Shown: one piece after another, positions 12,505-25,946 of the stretch
How positions within the stretch are numbered: the first letter of the stretch is position 1
How the letters are laid out: each line of letters opens with the position of its first letter
Assembly (NCBI RefSeq): GCF_031769215.1
Contig: NW_026782583.1
Span: 186,001 to 250,000, forward strand
DNA: 64,000 bases
Source: Ylistrum balloti
Lineage: Eukaryota
Reading direction: 5' to 3'
Position numbers and translations under genes: made by a program
The notes under the pieces: generated by a model
Told to the model about the DNA's origin: nothing
Database searches by the model: none
What the model saw: the letters and a program-made list of their open reading frames with translations, nothing else

Positions 12505-15500
12505 TTAATTAAAATAGGCAGTAGCGACTTGGTCGCCGTGGACGTAGTTGACGTCATAGGATTTCACCGTCAGATCGTGTCCCGCCATATTGAAGTTGCA
12601 ATTGGTGTTCTTTCGGACAAGGAAACAGGTGGTGAGAACAGCGAGGTCAAACTCCGGACTGGTTCCAACTAAAAGCGTGGTCAGTGGTTTGGGTTTATCA
12701 AACCAGGTAAAATGGACGCCCAATTTCCGCGGCTGAGGAACAAAAACGTTAAAAATAGACTTAAATACAGTCATACATTCAAAAGAATAGGGTTTCCTCG
12801 AAAAATGATCACATTTTAACCTTTAAGTCAGAGCGGAGCACTAGGTTTTCACGGATGCTCAGAACAATTGAATATTTTTTCTTAATTAACTTGATCTGTT
12901 GGCAATTTCCCGTTTCATAGGAAGCATAAAAGTGACGTTTCTATGTTGACGGAATTTAAACGTTTCGATCTCAATGTTAACCTATCATATTAAATTATAG
13001 GTTGAATATTTCCAAAACACCGTAAACAATGTAAAAGATGTCTTGAAATTGAAAGTGTGAAGCAAGCAAACGAGATAAGCTTCATTTTTTTCCCCTCTCA
13101 AATATCTAGTTCTGAAAATAATTTTATAGGTCGAGATAGAAACTTCGCAAAAAAAAAAAAAAAAAAATGGTGTTGTTGTTGAAAAGCTTCCGTTTTGATA
13201 ATTAAATGAAGATATTCACCGTTCGAGGAGGGGTTCGGGGAGGGGGGTCATGGGATATATGATAGATATAGTTATCACGCACGCACGCACGCACAGTTTT
13301 TACAATATACCCCTGACGTAAGTGGGTGTATACTTAATTCAGGTAAAACATGGTATACATAACACTTTAGGTAAATCCCTCATACACCTGGTAAGTACAG
13401 GTATGTTCTCGTTACCTCTTTAGAGTAGATGTAGCCAAGATAATTTATGTGACCTCTTTTCTCCTCCAGGTAAAACTGAATCCAGTTATGGAAACCAGAA
13501 ACTCCTGTGCTAGTGGTCTCTCCGACAAACACGTGCTCGAAACCGTTACTTCCCATGGAAGTTCCTGCACGTGAGTACTGTGTGAACCAAACACTCTTTA
13601 GTATGTCGCGGAAATCCGTCGTTGATGAGGTGTAACCTTTCAAGAAACATGTCAAGCATTTATATAATTCGTATGAATGCAAACTTACTTATCATGTAAG
13701 CAACTACACTGTTATCAGTGTACAATGAGTGCTTGGTAATCCTTCGTTCTTGGCAAAATTCGTCTTAATTCCGGACTGCCGAGTTTATTCCAACGGCCTG
13801 ACCGGAGTTATCATCCTTGACTGATTAATGATCAATTTCAAGTATTTGTATGTAGTATTTGCTGTAAATATGGATATTTAGAAACGTTTTTCATTGTCCA
13901 ATTATGTTTCATACAGATACCGACTTATTTCAAAACGTACATGTAAGTACACCTTAATCAGTGTACAATATGCATTAACACGATTTAGATAAATATCTAT
14001 TTTATAATTACATATCATATGTCCTAACAAAAACAGGATTGGCTGAAAGTGTTATAACATTCAAACTACTGTACCTTTTCCGTGCAGAAATAGGTAAGTT
14101 TCCGTCATGACCGTTGTTCCCGTCACTTCCGTTATGAATCGGTCGATCTCGGTAGTTTCCGTCGATGTGGTGTGCTCCGAGTGAGCCGTGTTTCTATCGA
14201 AGTTATCTAGCAAGTCTATGAAAGCAGAGTAAGTGGGTTTTGTGAAGAGATGGCTCTCATTTACATACTGGAACAATCTGTAAGGAAATACAAATTTTGA
14301 CATGAATTTGAAAAGAAAAGAGTTTCAAAAGTAATTGGTTTTTGTACAATATCACTTCAAAGCGACAGTCTAACACTGAAGCAAGACAATTGCAATCGTA
14401 TCTGGAACCCTGTAAAAAGTGTAATAACAGTCCATTATTTTTCCTCACCTGTCATGGGCATGGTCATCAGGTGAGGAACTTGACGTATGTGATTGAAGGT
14501 TGTATGTGACGTCAGAGGAGTTAGCCGCATTGGGGTCGTCGTTCCATATCCCAGTAATAAAGGACGATAACTCTGCTTTAGAAACGCTACCCAGTGCAGG
14601 TGAACAACCTACGGAATCAGAGAACAAACAAAGCGCTTCAAAATCTATTTTGACTATAAAATAAACCAGTTCAGGTACAATACGTTGGAAATATTATTCA
14701 TTCCTTACAATAAACGTATAGGATTTTACAAGGGATGCTATAGTTTCTACTCTTCTAAGCACTTTTATGTGGAATTCGGCGTCAATCTTCCCTTGTTGGT
14801 ATATTCACCCCAGTGCTGTATGAATTAGTTCACCGACTTCTGTCTACTCATCGACGGACAAACCATCATCAACAGAAATTTTGACGTCTGTTTTAAATGA
14901 CGTCGAGAATAGTTAACATATCGGTTCGTCTTTGAGTCATAGTCTTCTGAGCGTTTTTTATGGATTCTGTCAATGTATAATAATTAAGCACTGTGATCGT
15001 CGAATTTCGACACATCCATCATAATACAAAATCGTCAGAACGTACGCGAGTGTCATTGTTTACATCTACTGTATTTGGTTATATGAAACAAGAAGGTAAG
15101 AAAAATAGGACCATACCCTAACTGAACAGTAAGAAAGAGGAGAGAGAGGAATCTCCACAGTCACATGGAAAACACAGCGGATGTATACATGGTTGTCGAT
15201 AAGTATATATTTCTACCACAGTAAACCTTTCTTTTGCCCTCCAAGTCAAATGAAGAAAAATGTGAAATTGAAGATTAATAAATCAACACAATTAGTAAAA
15301 GATACCGCAATGCATCATGGGAGTGATTGCCGCTGCGGATAATTTTGCCTGTGTAAACCTCGACGACATTAGGGGAAGATCGTATTGAATGCAAGTCTAG
15401 ATATTTTGTTTTTTTCTTTAGTTGCAGAACTTGTCCGGCTTTTCCTTTTTTAAATCAAACTTTTTTTCATCGAGTTTCACCAAAAGGTACAGACATTTCA

Positions 15501-18377
15501 CAGTGTTTTGTCATACTTAACTTAATATTGATTGTTTACTTTCTTTTAGTCAATGTTTACAATAGTAAATATACATGTATATTATGATAGAAATTAAGGG
15601 ATATATACATATATATATTGTTTTGTCAGTTCACCAATTTTATCTGTTTAACATCCATTTCATAAAATTCAACATTTTATATACAGTTTAACAAACTTTA
15701 TGCTATTGATGTTGAATAATATACATGTACATTACTTAATGATACATAGTTTCAAGTTTTCAAGTTTCAAGTTTATTGGATCCTCAGATACATGAAAATG
15801 TATAACATGAGGTAAAACAATACTATATCAATAGATATGTGAGAAAATGGATGGTAACTGAAAGTCGTAACGCTTCACTGTATTTTGTTAGGGCTATTCA
15901 AAGTACACAGTACTTTCATAGATCAGACTGATAACAACTAGAACAATACGATTTACTTATATAAATAAAAATGGAAGCATAACATCACGCTATATAAGGA
16001 TACCATAGTGTTACTTCAAAATATTTTGTTAAGACTTTAAAATTAACAGCATGCATTTAGTACTTTCAATTTTCATATTGATCGCAATTAGTACATTCAA
16101 ATACACTTTAATATAACACCACATTATATAATGATAACACAGTATTGCTTCACAATATTTTGTTACATCTGTTCAAGATAACCAAAGGGCATTATGTACT
16201 TTTGTATATCAAATTGGTTTCATTAAACCACATTATTTAAGGATAACATAGTATTTTGTTTAGACTTTGAAATAAAATGGGGTGTTAAGTATTTATATCA
16301 AATTGATAGCAATTTGCACATTATATACACTTTGCTATTATAACACCACGCTGTTTAAAATACTCAGAGGGCATCAAGCGTATATGTAAAAGACTGATAT
16401 CAATTAGTACATCTAAATACCCTTTGATATTATATAATAATATTTGATTAAGTTGTTTTAAAGTAAATGCATAGCTTCTGGTAGTTTTTTTTAAAAAGCT
16501 GATATACTTGGGTTTCATAAAATCACTTACATAATGAAAACATTATCTTTCTTACAATATATTGTCAAGACTGTTTGAAAATAAACAAAAGGCATTTAGA
16601 ACTTTTTTATAACAAACTGAGAGCAATTCGTACATTTTGAACACGTTTGGATTTCTCCAGTAATATGAAGGTAAGAATTTCTGTCTCAGTTCAATCAATC
16701 TTATATCAGTGCACTGAAATAAGTAATGGAATTCGTCACCTACTGAGGTATTACATAGAGAACACTTCCTATCCTGTCTCTGAACATTGCGCCATCTTCC
16801 AGTTTCAATGGGAAATTTCATATTACAACATCTAATTTTGCATAAAATCCGTCTGTTTTTAACAGAGAGTTGAGTCAGGTATGGCTCAAGCAGTAAAGAA
16901 TTTTTAAAACTGCTATAGAGTAAGCCTCTAGATGAATTTTCCGTTTCGTTTCTCCATTTCTGTATAAATTGATCTATTAAAGTTTTTTTAATACTGGTTT
17001 TTATATAGTATTTACTAATTTGACCCTGATTCTGGAAAACAGCGCTCTGTCCTACATCATCAAAGCAAGATTTAATAAAATCTACCCATTTAAACTTACA
17101 CAAATTGTTGACATGAAGTTTGTATATCATATCAGTTTGTACATAAGACTTCTTAACTTTGACTCATGCATTATTATACCATAAAATTTGGTGTCGTGTT
17201 TCTTACTCCTAAAATTCTTTTACAAAATTGCAAGTGGACTTGCTCGACAATTTTAATATTTTCAAAGCCCCATATTTCTGATCCATCAAGTAATATAGGC
17301 TTAACTAAGGTGTCAAATAATTTGAGCTGTAAATCAATTGGAAGATGTTGATTTTTAATACTCCTGTACACAGAGAAAAGAGCCTTTTGTGATTGTTCAC
17401 GCAACTTTTGCTTGCACTTATAAAAGTTACCATTAAAATTAAATGTTACACCCAAGTAATTAGCTATCTACTTCTTCAATTATAAGGCCATTAATCTTAA
17501 AACCTTCACCATTTTTTAACCTATTCTTACAAAATATCATGACCTTGGTTTTCTTGACATTAACATTAATTTTCCAATTGGTACAATACATATGAAAGAT
17601 ATCCAGCGCCTTCTGTAAACTTTCAACAGAATCTGAGAGAATAATAGTATCATTAGCATAAAGCAAGACAAAAATATCCAGAAATATGTTAAGTTCATTT
17701 TGAAAGTTCTCCTTTAAATGTCTCAAAGGAACTACTGTTTTTACGAAAGAAATCTTCAATATCATTCAAAAAGATCGCAAATAAAAACGGGGACAAGTTT
17801 TAGCCTTGTCGCACACCTATTAAACAGTCAAATAGTTCAGATCGGGTATTTTTCAACTCCACACGTGATTTAATATTATAATACATATTCATTATTATCG
17901 AAATCATACTATTTCTATAACAGGTAAAAATGTAAATCGCTCTAATTCTCTAAACATGCAGGTGATTTATTTGAAGTTGAACTTTGCCTCGCACTATCTG
18001 TAATAACAACACCTATCCGTTAAAGCACATTACCGGTCAGTACTGTAGTAGTATCTCGGTCTGTCAATCAAACGTACGTAAAGTGAACAATACTTAAGAC
18101 ACCAACAAACAAACAAGTCTATCTCATTTGGGTAATGGACAGGACATATAGAGATCAGTCAGCTTACTCAGAATTCTAAAACAATAAAATGGGCAGGGTC
18201 AACAGATTGTTTACGAAAGCACTTTTGTTTATTTACTATAACCACGGATTTTAAGAATCTAAACACAGGACAGGTTATGAGATTCTATCGGTATGGGATG
18301 AAATGTGTTGGAGAAAGAAAAGTATACTTACAGTGGAGAATGATCAGGAAGGAAATGAAACCGATATGCCCGGCCAT
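12505..18377 (-). CDS. ENDOU: EndoU-family uridylate-specific endoribonuclease, copy 2, with predicted signal peptide (about 285 aa)
   Basis: Exons 18377-18332, 14608-14449, 14277-14075, 13636-13416, 12732-12505; same lengths and phases as copy 1. Catalytic motifs intact. N-terminus MAGHIGFISFLIILHCCSPALG. Confidence 0.93.
15518..17903 (-). mobile_element. 5'-truncated, decayed CR1/L2-group non-LTR retrotransposon in intron 1 of EndoU copy 2
   Basis: Broken ORF2: GVRQG*NLSPFLFAIFLND, LLYANDT (YADD mutated), KINVNVKKTKVMIF, LKLFDTLVKPILL.GSEIWG, PIETGRW..R.C.LC...GDEFHYLF.C. 3' AATAAA plus (ACTTGAA)n tail at about 15748-15777. 7-bp TSD tcatact at 15511-15517 and 17904-17910; the site is single-copy in unit 1. 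Confidence 0.9.
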
Positions 18378-18563
18378 CTTGTGTATAGCTATATACAGAC
18401 TGAACATTAGTGACAATGCAGACTGATCAGTTACACGTGATTGTAGGGAACATATATAGCTATCAGCAGTAATTCTATGTGCTTACATGCATAGTCTTTT
18501 TAATGCATGTTAGCGTCATAGATAAACAGGCGTGTTATTTGATTTCCATCATTACAATAATAA

Positions 18564-20594
18564 TAGTTGTTATGAGGGTCAATCCTCTTTGTTAGACGAT
18601 GGTTGTAGCGAGGCCCAATCCACTTTGTTAGACGATGGTTGTAGCGAGGCCCCATCCTCTTTGTTAGACGAAGGTTGTAGCAAGGCCCCATCCTCTTTGT
18701 TAGACCATGGTTGTAGTGAAGCCCCTTCCTCTTTGTTAGACGATGGTTGTAGCGAGGCCTCATCCTCTTTGTTAGACGATGGTTGTAGCGAGGCCCCATC
18801 CTCTTTGTTAGACCTTAGTTGTGGTGAGTCCCCATCCTCTTTGTTAGACGATGGTTGTAGCGAGGCCCCATCCTCTTTGTTAGACGATGGTTGTAGTGAG
18901 TCCCCATCCTCTTTGTTAGACGATGGTTGTAGCGAGGCCCCATCCTCTTTGTTAGACCATGGTTGTAGTGAGACCCCATCCTCTTTGTTAGACCTTAGTT
19001 GTAGTGAGTCCCCATCCGCTTTGTTAGACGATGGTTGTAGCGAGGCCCCATCCTCTTTTTTAGACCTTAGTTGTAGTGAGTCCCCATCCGCTTTGTTCGA
19101 CGATGGTTGTAGCGAGGCCCCATCCTAGACCTTAGTTGTTAGACCTTTGTTCGACGATGGTTGTAGCGAGGCCCCATCCTCTTTGTTAGACCTTAGTTGT
19201 AGCGAGTCCCCATCCTCTTTGTTAGACCTTAGTTGTAGCGAGGCCCCATCCTCTTTGTTAGACGATGGTTGTAGCGAGGCCCCATCCTCTTTGTTAGACG
19301 ATGGTTGTAGCGAGGCCCCGTCCTCTTTGTTAGACCATGGTTGTATGGAGGCCCCGTCCTCTTTGTTAGACCATAGTTGTAGTGAGTCCCCATCCTCTTT
19401 GTTAGACCATAGTTGTAGTGAGGCCCCATCCTCTTTGTTAAATCACAATTGTAGTGAAGCCCCGTCCTCTTTGTTAAACCATAGTTGTATTGAGGCCCCA
19501 TACTCTTTGTTAGACCATGGTTGTAGCGAGGCCCCATCCTCTTTGTTAGACCTTAGTTGTAGTGAGTCCCCATCCTCTTTGTTAGACCTTAGTTGTAGTG
19601 AGTCCCCATCCTATTTGTTAGACGATGGTTGTAGTGAAGCCCCTTCCTCTTTGTTAGACCATGGTTGTAGCGAGGCCCCATCCACTTTGTTAGACCATGG
19701 TTGTAGCGAGGCCCATCCTCTTTGTTAGACGATGGTTGTAGCGAGGCCCCATCCTCTTTGTTAGACGATGGTTGTAGCGAGGCCCCATCCTCTTTGTTAG
19801 ACTATGGTTGTAGCGAGGCCCCATCCTCTTTGTTAGACTATGGTTGTAGCGAGGCCCCGTCCTCTTTGTTAGACCATGGTTGTATGGAGGCCCCGTCCTC
19901 TTTGTTTGACCATGGTTGTATTGAGACCACATCCTCTTTGTTAGACCATAGTTGTAGTGAGGCCCCATCCTCTTTGTTAGACCATGGTTGTATGGAGGCC
20001 CCGTCCTCTTTGTTAGACCATAGTTGTAGTGAGTCCCCATCCTTTTTCTTAGACCATAGTTGTAGTGAGGCCCCATCCTCTTTGTTAAATCATAATTGTA
20101 GTGAAGCCCCGTCCTCTTTGTTAGACCATAGTTGTATTGAGGCCCCATCCTCTTTGTTAGATCATGGTTGTAGTGAAGCCCCTTCCTCTTTGTTAGACCA
20201 TGGTTGTAGTGAGGGCCCATCCTCTGTATAAAAGTTAATTGGACCATTGTTGTAGTAAGGCCCCATCCTCTGTATACAATGTAATTAGACCTTAGTTGTA
20301 GTAAGGCCCCATCCTCTGTATACAATTTAATTAGACCATGGTTGTAGTGAGGGCCCATCCTCTGTATAAAAGTTAATTGGACCATTGTTGTAGTAAGGCC
20401 CCATCCTCTGTATACAATGTAATTAGACCTTAGTTGTAGTAAGGCCCCATCCTCTGTATACAATTTAATTAGACCATAGTTGTAGTAAGGCCCCATCCTC
20501 TGTATACAATTTAATTAGACAATAGTTATTGTGAGGCCCCATCGTCTGCATACACTTTATTAGACCATAGTTGCTGTGAGTCCCATCCTCTGTA
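18564..20594. repeat. Minisatellite array upstream of EndoU copy 2: about 46 x 36-bp units then about 8 x 45-bp units
   Basis: 36-mer ttgttagacgatggttgtagcgaggccccatcctct up to about 20222, then 45-mers. The right flank matches that of array 1. Confidence 0.97.
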
Positions 20595-22433
20595 TTCACC
20601 GTCTGCACAGTTGGTAAACCTTTATTATAGATACTAACACACTTTTCAGGTATCATAATCTTTTATTGGTTTGTATTGAATGGTATACACAATGAGGATT
20701 GCTTATATTTACAAAACATGAAAAAATATTTTTCACTATGTACTGTGTAAGTTCAAAGGGTTTTTAAATAACACTATAATTGTGTACATTTCTGTATGTT
20801 AAAATCAAAATGTAAACAAATCAAATCTTACAAAGTTTTAGGAAAATTTTCCTTGAAACTATAAATACAAATTGATTACCATCACAAGTTTATCATTTTA
20901 CCGGTATTTATATGACGTTTAACGGACTTCCTATCTGTTATGTTTTTTTTCATAAACGCAAATGAAGACCTCCAAAACTCGGGTATGCAGACCGAAATCT
21001 CCAAACTACAGCATCATAAGTTTTGATTTTGTTGAACAGCCAGAGATGCGGTCGAGTCAGTCCGAAGTAGTTGGACGAAACGTATCGAACTCACAGACAC
21101 TTTGAAAATATGTAATGTCTTTGAAAGCATTTTCTATAAATCTTAGGAAACTTACAAACAATACCTCCACGTAAAGGCTGTCAGCAGATGAAAATTTCAC
21201 TTTGGTTCATAAATATAATTTTGATTGCCCATTCTTGCACCGGAATTGTCAAAACATTAAACCTGAGCGATATTGTAAGCTTTTTCTAACTGGAATAAAA
21301 ATTTAATATAGCTTATCTAGAGTTGTTCCTTACATTCACAGCTGGAACTTATATGCCACTTCCTCAGCCAGAACTACTCATGCCAAGCCGATAGAAAATA
21401 TTCAGTAATCGAGAATCACCATGAATGCACTGCGATTTACTAGATTGACATATAATTGCAATCTCTACCAGAGTTATGGTTCCTTAACAGTCACTCTGGG
21501 AGAGATTGACGTAAGTAACTGCAATGCATTCTGGGAGTGATTACGTTGTCCTGTATACTTCAGCAGTCGAAAAGGCATACTAACATAGATGATGATTCAA
21601 GATATTATTTCTGTATACAACACAACATGATAATACTGCATAATAATTCAACATCAGATTATCGATTTTACATGAAATGAAATAAAACAGTTAAAAAAAC
21701 AGTCTTTCTCTTATACTTTTTTTTACTAATTAGTGACATACAACATGTATCGGGAAAACGGTACAAGGGTTATCGATCCCACATCACATCGCCATGAAAA
21801 TATAAACGTAGCCAAAAATAGAAATATTTACTCACATTTTCAGGGAAAATGTGTTGTGTAGGGATGATTCTCGCTTATTTAGATTCAATCATCACTGACC
21901 CGCTTTCCCTCTACACTGCACTTGTCATAATGTCTGTGTGTGATTTTCATTTCATATTTATTGATATCGTGTGAAAACATTCATCTTATCAGCTAATAAA
22001 TATTCAAATTCATAAGCAATTCTCCTAAAGATAGTTTCAAACTAATTTGAATATCATAATTTCATACGCTAACAATAAGAAAACATGTTATTTGAGATTT
22101 CAAATTTTCCAAACATGAATATATTGTATACCATAGTCACTTTACTTATATAGATAAAATTATAAAATCTTTCCATTTGTTTTCACACATAGCAATTTAA
22201 GTGAATCTCTATTGTGAATAACAGATCATTACGCATGCCCACGCTTTACTGGCCATGTGCATCCCCTACAGTTACTACAGGTACATAAATGATATATATA
22301 TATATAACAATGACAAAATGAACGGGAGATGACGTATAAGTAACCTAACCAAATATTAACCAATCAGATAAGGTAAAGTAACAAAATATTGACCAATCAG
22401 ATGGGAGCATGAAACAGCAGGACGACGGCATAA

Positions 22434-23105
22434 TGCTAAAGACCATGAATGGTCTTCGAATAAAAAAAAACACAACCAAACAGTTCAAGTCATGCAACAC
22501 AACGGGAGTATTTGCCATTAAAATACCTCTACAGTGAAATTCGTGTCCCTTCCAATATAATAAAATTTTTTTTTAATTTAAGTTGAAAGTAATACGTTAG
22601 ATCTGAATAGATTTGTTGTCTTATATTTACAATTATAAATAATTTCAAAGGTGTTGGTACAACAGTGCAATTCAACCACGTATTTCTAATGTTATCGCGG
22701 ATGTAGACATTGTGATGATCAGATACATTTTATGCGAACAATATGCGAAGGGAGGGAACTCTGCTGGACGAAAGGCGAGCATCTTTCACCATAGCAATTC
22801 CACAGTCTTTATGATTGAGCAATATATCCTGTGTTAGAATTTAACTCTTCTGGAATATTTTGTTGAGATCTACAAGAACACCGGGAATTTATATTCTAAC
22901 CGGATATATTTAAAACGATATATTTCACCTACATGTCCCTTTGAATATCGAATGCATGGTTTACTAGAACAGATTAACAGTTTAATTTTAGAAAGTTACC
23001 TTTAATTGCCTTGCAACTCTTAAGGAATAAAATACTGTAAATATTTGAAGTTTGTAACGACTTTAATAAAAAAAACCCAAAAAAACTAGTATGTTTTTAG
23101 TGCAA
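22434..23105. other. About 670-bp indel present only in duplicate unit 2 (unclassified insertion)
   Basis: Unit 1 reads cggcataagtacc contiguously. In unit 2 the two halves are separated by about 670 bp. Confidence 0.75.
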
Positions 23106-25170
23106 GTACCAATGACCGCAATCAAGCTATATTGATGACTCGATAATTTTAAAATAAGTAATTTCACATGCTACTAGAATTATGTTTTCAATATTCTTCA
23201 ATACATAATCCTTTATTTAACATCACAGTGTCTATGTGTATGCTGTTATAGATGTAGCAAAGTCAGTGTGTGGCCTGGGCGTCTTTTAACTTATAAACAG
23301 AAGGCAAATACCCCTACCAAAAAAAGTCGTAGAATCACAAGTCACAAAATAAGAACAGTTCATAATGCAAACTAAGGGAGGCTACTCTTGTGTGACTTAT
23401 CTTCACGAAGATTATATAAAATAATCATGTATCATTTCAATTAGTGTATGTTTCGATAACATGTGCTTCAATTTGATGAAATATAACAAGAATGTTTATA
23501 AAAAATTATCTGAAAGCAAATAGGACACCCCCTCCCAAAAACAAAACATAAATTTATTTCTAGATACACAAATACAAGCACGAGGCCATATGGTTATCAG
23601 ATCAAGGACGATAAGTCGGCGTCCTGTGCATATAACAGTTTCACAATAATGAAGCACTAAGGAAGTTCTACAATGTGACTATATATGGCATAAAAATATA
23701 CAATTTCTTAAACGGTAATATATATACAGCTATGTCCCACACCTCCACCAGAATGTAGAATAAGTTTTAAAAAACTGAATTGTAGCAATGATTTCTGTTT
23801 CAAAGTCATCATGGAACGAGATCGTTTAATCCAAATGGATTGAAATAATACTAGGCATATGTTTTCGCCATCTGAGCCACAATGAATGGAAACTATTTAT
23901 GTTAATGAGACATGTGAAGATTCTTTTCAAACCCGAAGTATGCAATTACATTTGATATATAAATAAATGTATCGCCTGAAGATGGTCGTTAGGCCTGAAA
24001 ACCTTAGCGGCATACATTTTTCGCGTTGATTTTATTCTTTTCAAATATATATATATATTGTTCTTTTGAAATTTACTTATGGGCCAATAACTTCATTAAG
24101 AAAATAATATGGTTGAGGCGATATAACAACATCTTCTCTGGTTAAATTCTAATACAAACTTAACAGGATTAAAACAATAACAGAATGATTGCACATAATC
24201 ATAGACACCTATTTATGAAAACATAAAGCAAGTTAAGGTTATATGCTATATGAACAACAACACAATCTTCTATTAAAAGAGTTATTATTATTATAAGACA
24301 AACGACTTTCACTTTACGTAGATCTGAGAAGGTCAATTTATCACACTAACGGGTTTTGTACTATCGCCGAAATTTATTTCAATTTATCACCAAAATTCTT
24401 ATTTCACATAACTTCAGGACAAAGGGGGCGTGGTCAGAAATAGCATCCGGTCTCTTTTCAGGGCAGAGAGACAACCAATGACCTTCAGGACAAAATGGGG
24501 CGAAAAGATCCGTGGTAGGATATTAGTGCGGACGACATTCTAAGAGAAGAAAGACAACTTTGTATAGTGTAAGTCATATGAAACTAAAATATACCACACT
24601 ATCATTCTACATATATAATAATTTTACATTTATACTTTTTTCAAAACATGACAATCACAATAGAAAACAAGTGGCAACAAGTAGCATTCAGCAACATATA
24701 TGAAAGACATTGAGAAAGTTGCTCTCCCTTTATAACCAAGAATAGACTGGTCTGCTATCCAGGTGTATATACAGAGTAGGCGAGTCTATTTCCTAAAAGT
24801 GGGGAATTTGGCACATGCCAATATTGTTTCCCCTCAATATCACAATGCACACAATTACCATAAAGATGTGTATATTTATCAGAAATTAAGACAATTTATT
24901 ACTTGGACTTAAGTAAATCAACATCAACAGATGACCAGAATCTAAATTAATTAATGGAGATCATTACTTAGTGATGCAACTAATAATAAATGTCTATGTA
25001 GATAATCACTGGTAGTTTTCCAATATGTCTGAAGATGGAATATTCAAGTAAGCTTCTCAAAAACATTTATTTTCACTGGGTAACTTCAATACCGTGAGCC
25101 AATCAATTCCTGAGTACTTTTTATGGTGATGACGTCACTGGCGTGAGCTTCAAAATCGATTATTATTCTG

Positions 25171-25201
<31 letters not shown>

Positions 25202-25946
25202 AACTTTGGATATTCAATTTATCACCACAAATTTCTATAACCGGTCGATAAAGCAAACATATTCTTAGACATATTCAAAGTCAATGAAACCGAAAAGGAC
25301 CTTCAACATCAAAATAACATAGAATAAAATACATCTTAAAAATGATTTTACAATGTCATTGAAGCATTAACATGAACTATATAAATTATCTCCCTTGGCG
25401 TTTTAGATATTTTGAAAAGTAAACGTTATAAGGGATAAAATATAAGAATATCTTAAAAAATAGACATCCGGGGCTTTGACCGGTTACCCGGATATATTAC
25501 ATCCAGGTTATGTGAACTCTGTGATACGGAGATGGTATATATAAAAACAAGGGTTCAAGTATTATAACCAGTGCATAGCTTTGGTTATCATCGGTTTTTC
25601 CCTGAATATCATAATCAATTGTGCGCACGTATCTCACAATTTACGTTCATAATGTACCAATGACCAGATCCGGTTCATGACGTTGTGGTGACGGATCAAT
25701 CAAATTTCAGCTTTCTCTTGAAAGCATGGTGACAGACCAATCAAATTTCAGATTTGTTCTGAAATACATGTCTAAATATCCTCTGAATGGTAATGATAGT
25801 TGGTCAGCGTTAGAATGTGGAATGAGTTCAGTGTAACCACTGATTCCTTGTCGTTTGTGTCCACTTTTGAAACCAATCAAAACTGATCTTCAAATAGGAA
25901 GATTCTTTGATTGGTTGAATATTTTTAAAGGAATGAGTGTAATTCT

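Larger units (their letters stand above)
12000..23441. repeat. Tandem segmental duplication, unit 2 (about 11.4 kb)
   Basis: Colinear with 2810-11995 and joined head-to-tail with no N gap. Carries extra insertions at 15518-17903 and about 22434-23105. Confidence 0.95.

Noticed and set aside
7693-20594. CRISPR-like system (repeat arrays beside a nuclease gene)
   Set aside because: The units are contiguous diverged monomers with no unique spacers, the locus is eukaryotic and spliced, and the duplication alone explains why both genes have an array.
18500-20656. LLDDGCSEAPSS / MGPRYNHRLTKR repeat ORFs
   Set aside because: Frame artefacts of the 36-bp satellite.
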